From positions 204,288-268,287 of the forward strand of contig MNCI01000808.1 in NCBI GenBank assembly GCA_015680685.1: a stretch of 64,000 nt of DNA. The letters are read 5' to 3'. This DNA is from Gnetum montanum (Eukaryota; Plantae; Gnetophyta). The position numbers and the translations under genes were made by a program. Below the pieces are notes generated by a model that searched no databases, had not been told where the DNA came from, and saw only the letters and a list, made by a program, of their open reading frames with translations. Positions 1 through 9,339 of the stretch are shown one piece after another. Numbering within the stretch: position 1 is the stretch's first letter; every line of letters starts with the position of its first letter.

Positions 1-620
1 ATCAACCCATACCTCCAACACAACCACCACCTTGTGCACCTTATCCTCCTCCTAACTTTCAACATTCTTATCCTTTCCCTCCTTCCACAATGCCATTAAC
101 TGTTCCTAAGGTGTTTGTACCACCGCAACCCATGAACAACACTTGTGCTGCTGCTACCAACTGCAGTGAAGGGCCTCCTCAACATCAAAGACGTCCTTTC
201 TTTAAACACGGCCGTAGGAAGGGACAACATAACTATGAGGCCACTGCATCTTTCAACCCAGCACAAGTCCAACATTGTGGTATGCCCTTACTGTCGAACC
301 CAATGCCTCATGTACCTTCATCAGGGCCACCAGCTAACGCTCCAACAACTACAAGGCCCAATGAACACAACCATGGGAGGCATCAGCCCAATCCTTGCAT
401 ACCATCTAACGGTCCTGAACATCATAGTGGGTTAACTCGTTATCCGGGAACTACATCGTATGAAGTGCCCCACTGTGTTTATTACAAAGTGCGTCAAATC
501 CAAGGGGATAAGTTTGGACCGGTGTCAATAATTCCAATATGTAAGGATCCTCAGTTTCCATTTATTAATCCTAGCCATACTCAACCGTATAGTCATGGGG
601 GATATCCCCCATTTCCATGA
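1..620 (+). CDS. 3' end of a Pro/His-rich low-complexity ORF, probably an accessory ORF of the Athila-type element ending at 6101
   Basis: Open frame 90-620 is rich in P/H/N and is followed by a T-rich 3'UTR-like tract. No recognisable domain. It is separated from the downstream element by an N-gap. Confidence 0.3.
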   Translation, partial: QPIPPTQPPPCAPYPPPNFQHSYPFPPSTMPLTVPKVFVPPQPMNNTCAAATNCSEGPPQHQRRPFFKHGRRKGQHNYEATASFNPAQVQHCGMPLLSNPMPHVPSSGPPANAPTTTRPNEHNHGRHQPNPCIPSNGPEHHSGLTRYPGTTSYEVPHCVYYKVRQIQGDKFGPVSIIPICKDPQFPFINPSHTQPYSHGGYPPFP

Positions 621-833
621 CAAGAAGGATTAATAAATGTTTTTAATTTTCTTTAATTTTTCAACTTTTTGTTTTTCAGTTTTTCATTTTTCAACTTTTT
701 GTTTTATCTTTTTGTGTGTTTGTATTTTCATGTTTTTGTAAGTAATCTCATCTACGAATAAAACACTCATGTGGATCGTTGGTTGAGATGTGTTTTATGT
801 TATTAAGTCATGAGTGATCAATTATTTGAAACA

Positions 834-1509
834 NNNNNNNNNNNNNNNNNNNNNNNNNNNNNNNNNNNNNNNNNNNNNNNNNNNNNNNNNNNNNNNNNNN
901 NNNNNNNNNNNNNNNNNNNNNNNNNNNNNNNNNNNNNNNNNNNNNNNNNNNNNNNNNNNNNNNNNNNNNNNNNNNNNNNNNNNNNNNNNNNNNNNNNNNN
1001 NNNNNNNNNNNNNNNNNNNNNNNNNNNNNNNNNNNNNNNNNNNNNNNNNNNNNNNNNNNNNNNNNNNNNNNNNNNNNNNNNNNNNNNNNNNNNNNNNNNN
1101 NNNNNNNNNNNNNNNNNNNNNNNNNNNNNNNNNNNNNNNNNNNNNNNNNNNNNNNNNNNNNNNNNNNNNNNNNNNNNNNNNNNNNNNNNNNNNNNNNNNN
1201 NNNNNNNNNNNNNNNNNNNNNNNNNNNNNNNNNNNNNNNNNNNNNNNNNNNNNNNNNNNNNNNNNNNNNNNNNNNNNNNNNNNNNNNNNNNNNNNNNNNN
1301 NNNNNNNNNNNNNNNNNNNNNNNNNNNNNNNNNNNNNNNNNNNNNNNNNNNNNNNNNNNNNNNNNNNNNNNNNNNNNNNNNNNNNNNNNNNNNNNNNNNN
1401 NNNNNNNNNNNNNNNNNNNNNNNNNNNNNNNNNNNNNNNNNNNNNNNNNNNNNNNNNNNNNNNNNNNNNNNNNNNNNNNNNNNNNNNNNNNNNNNNNNNN
1501 NNNNNNNNN
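834..1509. other. Assembly gap (N-run); further gaps at 2688-3427 and 5394-6045
   Basis: Runs of n. ORFs that span them in the track are not informative. Confidence 1.
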
Positions 1510-1811
1510 TCATTAATTCTGTAGCTAGAACACACAAATTTCTTACCCTCAGCTTAATTTTTATAATTTTCTTTCCCATTTATTAACCCTCCAAACTTTA
1601 ATGTTCCAATGTCCCATTACATTCCCTTTTCGTCATAACCGCCAAAATTTTCATTGTAAAATTCACACCTATCTCATTCAAAGTGCCTTTCGAATTCATG
1701 TAATTACCCTTGAGTCCATTCATTCTTGTTAATGTCCTTGTTTTACACGTTAATTTTGAGAAAAATCATTTAAAATTCGGTCTTTACTATTCGTCTCATC
1801 TTAGCTGGGCC

Positions 1812-1900
1812 GAGATATCGCGTACGCGATATCGCGTCCCACGAGATATCACGTACGCGATGTACCGTACGCGATATCGCGTTCCCCGTTCCTATAAATA
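1812..1900 (+). promoter_or_regulatory. Internal promoter: array of (C/A)GATATC(G/A)CG / CGTACG palindromes followed by CCTATAAATA
   Basis: gagatatcgcgtacgcgatatcgcgt...gagatatcacgtacgcg...cgtacgcgatatcgcgt, then cctataaata at about 1891. The same motif-plus-TATA arrangement occurs in the LTRs at 20430-20550, 48330-48412 and 51888-51982. Confidence 0.65.
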
Positions 1901-2367
1901 GGAACCCCCGCCGCAACACTTAGCATCATTTGGCATTTACGCGGGGGGAGGTTTTTGAATTTTTTCTATGCGACTTGTGCTTGAGTGACCCTTGCTTTTT
2001 CCACTCTATCTCGCGCGTTGGTACTCCGATTTGAATTCCGTCTGAACCTGATTGAACCCGGGGTGTTCAGTTTAGTCGTGGGAGAGAGACACTTGCCGAA
2101 AAGTGCCTAAATTTTTTGAAATTTTTCATCGCCCAAAGGACATCAATTAGGGTAGTTACTTCTAACACTCAGATAAATTGTGCCATAAATCATATGACCT
2201 TAAGTATACCGAGATATTAAACCGCAAATCCACCTAAGTCATAGGACCCATCCTTACAATTTTTGGGCATGATCACACAACAATAAACGATCTTTAATTA
2301 AGACACGTAGTAAGGTATAACTTGATTTCTTAAAAAACCTTGCTAATGTTGGCCCGTGTGATTGCAG

Positions 2368-5064
2368 ATGGCCCCAAAACGCACCCAGCAGAAGAGTCCG
2401 ACCCAAGGTGGAGCAAAACAACCTAGGAGAGGTTGAAGACAAGTTCCTGACGGACAACATAATGAATAGGAGGTGTATTCATTCAGCATCCATCAAGACG
2501 AACCTCCTACCAGAAGGTCCGGGCAGGCAGAAGGAGGAGCTGCTGCGCCTGAACTGGGACAACAACTCACGTTGCCCCCGGAATGTGTTCAGGCCATCCA
2601 CACGAAGTCCACAATTACTTCGGTGATTGTGGAACTCAACTTCGAATCTTTTGCAGAGTTCGCTCCAGAGGCTGTTAGGGATCACCTNNNNNNNNNNNNN
2701 NNNNNNNNNNNNNNNNNNNNNNNNNNNNNNNNNNNNNNNNNNNNNNNNNNNNNNNNNNNNNNNNNNNNNNNNNNNNNNNNNNNNNNNNNNNNNNNNNNNN
2801 NNNNNNNNNNNNNNNNNNNNNNNNNNNNNNNNNNNNNNNNNNNNNNNNNNNNNNNNNNNNNNNNNNNNNNNNNNNNNNNNNNNNNNNNNNNNNNNNNNNN
2901 NNNNNNNNNNNNNNNNNNNNNNNNNNNNNNNNNNNNNNNNNNNNNNNNNNNNNNNNNNNNNNNNNNNNNNNNNNNNNNNNNNNNNNNNNNNNNNNNNNNN
3001 NNNNNNNNNNNNNNNNNNNNNNNNNNNNNNNNNNNNNNNNNNNNNNNNNNNNNNNNNNNNNNNNNNNNNNNNNNNNNNNNNNNNNNNNNNNNNNNNNNNN
3101 NNNNNNNNNNNNNNNNNNNNNNNNNNNNNNNNNNNNNNNNNNNNNNNNNNNNNNNNNNNNNNNNNNNNNNNNNNNNNNNNNNNNNNNNNNNNNNNNNNNN
3201 NNNNNNNNNNNNNNNNNNNNNNNNNNNNNNNNNNNNNNNNNNNNNNNNNNNNNNNNNNNNNNNNNNNNNNNNNNNNNNNNNNNNNNNNNNNNNNNNNNNN
3301 NNNNNNNNNNNNNNNNNNNNNNNNNNNNNNNNNNNNNNNNNNNNNNNNNNNNNNNNNNNNNNNNNNNNNNNNNNNNNNNNNNNNNNNNNNNNNNNNNNNN
3401 NNNNNNNNNNNNNNNNNNNNNNNNNNNGTGTCATCGATGATGCCAGGCAGCCTACAATTTCAATAGATCGCACAAGGGGTGAGTTGTCAGTGCAAACAGG
3501 AGGAGGGGAAAGTAGATGGTCACAACAGATTTCTGGACACGTGGCATCTTTTCAAGTGTAATTAGAGACTGGTGAAGGGGCCACAGTGGTGGTCATGCAA
3601 CACCAGGATGCTGCAGGAGTAGCTGATGTGGTTGCTGACCACATCAAGGAATATTTTCATGTACCTGTTGTGCCATCGGCAGATCTTTCAGGAGCACAGG
3701 ATGCTCAAACCATTGCCGAAACCTCAATGACTCCTGTAGAACATGAGGATGCATTGGACAGATTGCTTCAAACAAGACAAATTTTAACGTCTCTGTTTGA
3801 CATCCCCCAGTATGTAACGACAATTCAGTCAAACCTCATTTCGACAAAGGGAAAACTGGTCATATCCGAAGTGAGGGTTGAGCATGCTAAAGCCGAAGTG
3901 TAGAAATTACAGGAGCAGCTCATCGCCTTACAAGCAGCACAGTGGGATCCCTTGCGATTGGTTCCCGCAGACCAGTTAGACAATTTTAGAATAGAGCAAC
4001 TAACCAAATTAATTGTAGAAAATAAAAAGATGGCAGAAGAAAAGGAGACGGCCACTTGGGATGCCTCCGCAGCAAAGGCGTAAATGCATGCGCATCTTAA
4101 GGCACTCAAGGCCTTGCAAGAAGAGAACAAGCAGTTGGTTGCCGATAACCTTCAGTTGACTTCTGTGGAGAAACAAAAGAATGTTCTCGATGAGCACTTT
4201 CATCGGCTGCGAGAACAAATCATTCGAGTCAACCAGGACGTAAGCCGTTTAGCCAGAGAAAATCGAACCCTCTTAATGGAGGAGGTGCACGCTGTTCGAC
4301 AGAAATCAGCCATCGAGATTAGTGCATGGCAGAATGAGGCTAAACGACACGAGAAGCTGAAGGAGCACTTCCGTGACCAGGTGGGGATGTACAAACAGAT
4401 CCTGGAGAAGGAGATCCAAATGGCCAAAGCTCAAATTAACAGCATCAGTGCCCAGCACACTGATTGGGGGGCCATTGTGGACACTTATGCCTATGCCCAC
4501 TAGGCGGAAATTAAGAACTGGGACCTGCAGATCTAGGACTTAACTGAATACATGGAGTTGGCAAACCTTCGATATGCCAACCTAGCCATGTTAACAGTAG
4601 AACGTCTGAGGTCAGAGCTCGAGCAGCAGGTAGCTTTCACCTACATCAAATATGAAGCAAAATATGCAGAGCGAAAGAAGTTGGCGGAAAAATTAGATGT
4701 TGCAAATTTTGAACTCTCGGTGGTAAAAGAAAGCTATCAAGGACTGAAAGATGTGGCAACCGACTTGGCTCGACGGCTGACAGAACTTCATGAATACAAA
4801 GACAGAGCCAGAGCCTACGAAGAGGAACGACGGGTGTTCACGGTGTTGTACGTCAAAGCTAATCAGATGTTCTCGCAACTACCCTGTCCGTGGGAAGTGC
4901 CGACTCCATCAAACATCGGAGCATCAGCATGGACGGCACAGGACCCTCGGACCGAAGAGGAGAAGCTCCAGGCTATTCTTCAGTTTCATCAATCTTCAAA
5001 ACTTGGAGCACGTGACAAAGGGAAAGCACCCATGGAGGAGCCACCGCCACTAGGAACTACATGA
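2368..5064 (+). pseudogene. Retrotransposon accessory ORF (~900 codons; basic MAPKR N-terminus, long coiled-coil C-terminal half, DKGKAPM tail) with point-mutation stops
   Basis: ATG 2368 follows the branch site tgctaat and acceptor ttgcag. Track ORFs 2473, 3586, 4084 and 4552 all share this frame. The interrupting stops are TGA/TAG/TAA, each one C>T change from CGA/CAG/CAA. Heptad E/K/Q/L-rich sequence spans about 3880-4830. The ORF ends about 170 bp before the PPT/LTR. Confidence 0.7.
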
Positions 5065-5228
5065 GTTCCACATTTTTGTAGATGTAGCATTTTTTCTCTG
5101 TGTTGTGTGTTCGCACACTGCGGCATTAGTCCATTTCTTTCTCTAGTTAATAATCCCATACCTATCCACTGTGTAATCACTGAAGCTTGTTCTCCTTGTA
5201 ACTAAAGGACGAGTTTTTATTCAGTCGG

Positions 5229-5393
5229 GGGGGTATGATGAGACGCAGTTTGCGTCGGCCGCGATATCACGTGGGGGTATGATGAGACGCAGTTTGCGTC
5301 GGCCGCGATATCACGTGGGGGTATGATGAGACGCAGTTTGCGTCGGCCGCGATATCGCGTGGGGGTATGATGAGACGCAGTTTGCGTCGGCCG
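5229..5393 (+). repeat. 44-bp tandem repeat (4 copies visible) of the PPT/LTR junction
   Basis: Unit gggggtatgatgagacgcagtttgcgtcggccgcgatatcacgt, with TG starts at 5236, 5280, 5324 and 5368. The array runs into the gap. Confidence 0.85.
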
Positions 5394-6101
5394 NNNNNNN
5401 NNNNNNNNNNNNNNNNNNNNNNNNNNNNNNNNNNNNNNNNNNNNNNNNNNNNNNNNNNNNNNNNNNNNNNNNNNNNNNNNNNNNNNNNNNNNNNNNNNNN
5501 NNNNNNNNNNNNNNNNNNNNNNNNNNNNNNNNNNNNNNNNNNNNNNNNNNNNNNNNNNNNNNNNNNNNNNNNNNNNNNNNNNNNNNNNNNNNNNNNNNNN
5601 NNNNNNNNNNNNNNNNNNNNNNNNNNNNNNNNNNNNNNNNNNNNNNNNNNNNNNNNNNNNNNNNNNNNNNNNNNNNNNNNNNNNNNNNNNNNNNNNNNNN
5701 NNNNNNNNNNNNNNNNNNNNNNNNNNNNNNNNNNNNNNNNNNNNNNNNNNNNNNNNNNNNNNNNNNNNNNNNNNNNNNNNNNNNNNNNNNNNNNNNNNNN
5801 NNNNNNNNNNNNNNNNNNNNNNNNNNNNNNNNNNNNNNNNNNNNNNNNNNNNNNNNNNNNNNNNNNNNNNNNNNNNNNNNNNNNNNNNNNNNNNNNNNNN
5901 NNNNNNNNNNNNNNNNNNNNNNNNNNNNNNNNNNNNNNNNNNNNNNNNNNNNNNNNNNNNNNNNNNNNNNNNNNNNNNNNNNNNNNNNNNNNNNNNNNNN
6001 NNNNNNNNNNNNNNNNNNNNNNNNNNNNNNNNNNNNNNNNNNNNNGCGCGTGCGACGCTCGTTTCGTATGGTTGAGTGTAGGGGTACCTCGCCACTCATC
6101 A
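5236..6101 (+). mobile_element. 3' LTR of an Athila-type Ty3/gypsy element (TGATGAG...CTCATCA), middle in a gap; PPT at 5223-5235
   Basis: The G-run agtcgggggggta lies immediately 5' of TGATGAG. There is a 7-bp terminal inverted repeat. The U5 end gtgtaggggtacctcgccactcatca matches the copies at 19639 and 49086. Confidence 0.85.
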
Positions 6102-6139
6102 GGCTGTAAACGAGTTTCCAAAATTTCAGGATATGACCA

Positions 6140-7180
6140 AAGTGTGATAGGGATGGTTACCATAAAAAATAAATTTTGGATTTTTTCACTTATTAGTACT
6201 TTCTAAGATCATGCTATGAAGATTTGTTAGCTTCCCAAGAGTCATGGATGTAATAGGGATAGTCACATAAGTTTTAGTTTGTGATAGAGGTAGTTACAAT
6301 ATCGTGTTGATGAATCACACCAATTATAAGTACTTTAAACGTTGACAAGGATGGTCATAGTGGTTCAGTGATTGGTAAAGAAGATCAATATGCCTTAGAA
6401 TGCTATTAGGGGTTGTCAAATTACTTCAAAATTGGTTAACATGTTTTATAATATTGATAGGAGTGGATAACATGTTATAATGAATGATAGAAGTCATCAT
6501 GAATTTCTAAAGTGTTGACATGGATGGTCAAAACTTCAATATTACTGACAAAGATGATCAAGAACATTCCCTAGTTGATAGGATAATAAAAAATGCTTTA
6601 AAATGTTAACAAGGGTGGTTATGGTCTTCTTCTTGCTAATAGAAATAGTCAAGATTAATTCCATATGTGATATGGGTAATCAAAATAGATTGTATTCTTC
6701 CCATTTTTCTTGCATCTTCCTTTATTTCCAACTTATTTTGGACTTTTTTCAAATCATGTTGGCTATGAAAAGGATATTGAGGGTATCATCAAAGCTATAT
6801 TGGTTATGATATGAATGGTCATGCCTTGACAAGGGTAGTCACACGAACTATGAATTTTGAGCTTTCAATTCAATCCTAGTTTTCATCAGCATGGTCTTGA
6901 TAGGGATGGTAATCATACATTATAAATTTTAAGGATATTGAACAATTTTGTAACTAACAAGGATGGTTGCTAAGAGGTTGATAGTAGTAGTCATGGTTCC
7001 AAGTCCTTAATGTAGTTTTACTAGGTCTTTTAACTTCCAAGTTATCAGCCTTACTTTGAGACAACTTTAGAGTTTTTACGATTGTGATAGGGGTAGCTAC
7101 AAGTATTCAAACATAATATAATTTTGACAAGAATGGTCATAGGTATTGTACTTTGTTTTACTTGTGATAAGGACAATCAC
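6140..7180. repeat. Degenerate array (>20 copies, ~30-bp period in the core) of a spaced palindrome TGAC-N7-GTCA (consensus TGACAAGGGTGGTCA)
   Basis: Examples: tgacaaggatggtca 6343, tgacatggatggtca 6515, tgacaaagatgatca 6546, tgacaagggtagtca 6827, tgacaagaatggtca 7125. The spacers are divergent. Confidence 0.7.
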
Positions 7181-7307
7181 TATGGAAGGATTGGTTGACT
7201 TGTAATGGGACCATTCAAATTTAGGTGGAATATTTCTTAGGTTTTACTAAGTTGACATGTGTCCAATTTGATATTACACATGCTTAAATCCTAACTATCA
7301 TCTAAAT

Positions 7308-7900
7308 TCTATAAATACCCCTTCTTCCCATTCATATTTTACTCATTTTTCATGTCTTCTATATTTTCCACCTCTCTCACGTGCTTCCTTATTCTACTTA
7401 AGCTCTCATCATGTTGTTTTTTCATTTTGTACCATTATTTATAGTTGTTCTCACCTATTTAAGTTGACATTATTTGTTTCTTTAGGTTGCTTATATTATT
7501 TCTAGGATTCTTTAGCTATTGAAGCTCTTGGATAAGAGATTATCACATGTAAAAATTGAAAATTTCCTAGGTTAAAATGACATGAGAATCTTGTCTCAAA
7601 AGTTTATGCTATAGCTTCACATTTGTTCCAAAATCATGAATACTCTTGGTTGAAGAAATCACACATCTTTGATCTCCTCAACATTTCACATTTTAATCTC
7701 TAAAAGAGCACCCTTATTCTAGATTAGATCTTAGATAGCCTTGATATTGAAAATTTTTACTTTAAAACGTCCAAATGTATTTGTTATTTAGGTGCTAAAG
7801 TCCTTACTATCTTTGACCTTCATGAGGGTTTTGTTGTTCCTTCTATTCTTAAGAATTATAATAAAGAAATTATGCTGAGACCTTGTTAGGATAAAAATTA
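7308..7900 (+). pseudogene. TATA box, pyrimidine-rich leader/introns and decayed ORF remnant, possibly plant-mobile-domain (PMD)-like
   Basis: ctataaataccc at about 7310, with ttag acceptors downstream. Reading ...LKKSHIFDLLNISHFNL*KSTLILD*ILDSLDIENFYF...YLGAKVLTIFDL loosely resembles the PMD N-terminal pattern (by eye only). Confidence 0.3.
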
Positions 7901-7959
7901 AATTACCTGATTATTGTTAGGATCTTTATTTGTGACTGGTAGTACCCTAGCAGACAAGG

Positions 7960-9330
7960 AACTAGATTATTTACTTTTAAAGGGCAATAGTAAGAAACAT
8001 GGTTGAAGGAAAATTAATGGGAAAGTACTCTCTATATATCCAAAATGTACACTATGAATGTTGTCATCAGAAGCAGAAATGTCAATACTATGCAACTGGC
8101 AACAAAGGGAAGCATCCATCTCCTTTCCATAAGTGGAGAACTTTGACCGCCCATAAGCATAAGCATAAACCTTTGTGTCCAGAACCTAGGGATCTGCAAC
8201 CTCTGTTAAAAATGTGGGATTTTCTTTCCGACAAACAATGCAATAGATATGGGCGTTGAACTGTACTATTGAAAATGTTCAAAGTGGTTTAAAAAATGAA
8301 GGCATAAAATCACAGCTTCCAATATCCATTGCTGCTGGAGACTCTATTTCCAGAATGCTTCTTGTTTAGAATGACAAGGCAGGTGAATCAAAAGCTCAAA
8401 ATATGACACAGCCAATTTCTGTTATGATAACTAACCATATAACAGGGTAAGTTACTGGAGAAAATGTCTCTCCGTTTGCTGCTAAAGCATGGTTGTATCC
8501 TTCAGAGGTTTTCCTACAGAAATTAAGGAGATAAATGAAAAAAAAGGAAGCAAGATGAATGAAAAAAGAGAAGGAAGATGATGTACTTCTTGCTATTGCA
8601 GCTGGAGCCAGAAGATTGATAAATCCTAGCCTACGGTTTGAATATTCTGACCCTAATATTCATGAGGATTTATAACAGATTATTAAATATTCTTGTGATG
8701 AAGTTTATGCAACTTTGGAACAATTAAAAAAAGTAATGCGTGTTTGGATGACATTTGTAGAACCCATGCTTGGTGTTCCTCCCAATCTTCATGGTGCAGA
8801 GGACACATAAGATGCTGTGAAAGTTCAAAGTACAGCTTGAAACCTGGTGTAAAAGGTATAATACAAAATGATAGTGCTGTTGTTGCTAGCAACCAGAGAA
8901 AGCAGAGAAATGATTTTCCAAAATGAGGGCAACTCCGAAGAATTCAAGTGTCTCTTCTCCTCATCCTTCATGGTAGATTGTAGAGCTCCCGGGCAGCAAC
9001 ACCCTGGACAGAGTTTAGAAACTCAAGTTCTGCAGTGAAATCAAATTCAATCCAGAATCTGCTTAGGCAAAACCAGGGTTTCCTAGCGGTTGCTGCAACG
9101 ACCATGCTCCGCAACCATACCTAGAACGACAGCGATGGAGCCTGCTACGCCTAACAAAAACCACATCCACTCCAAATCCACCGCCTAATTCTCCATCACC
9201 AAAACTACTGTTGCCGCTCAGACTCACGTCAGAGTTCATGCATGATAGCATCCATGGTATCGGAGACATGAAGGATGCATGCACCAAGCTGTAAACCCTC
9301 GTTTCGGCATCTGTCACTTATGTGCATGAT
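7960..9330 (-). other. Gene-like island (possible captured exon/intron fragments)
   Basis: Higher GC than the flanks. On the minus strand there are short AG...GT-bounded segments (e.g. [21 protein letters not shown]|RKTSEGYNHALAANGETFSPVTYPVIW) and a GC-rich 5' block at 9060-9320. No recognisable protein. Confidence 0.3.
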
Positions 9331-9339
9331 AAATATGAT

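Noticed and set aside
810-6206. Long ORFs spanning N-runs
   Set aside because: Their length comes from untranslatable N. Only the 2368-5064 frame has support on both sides of its gap.
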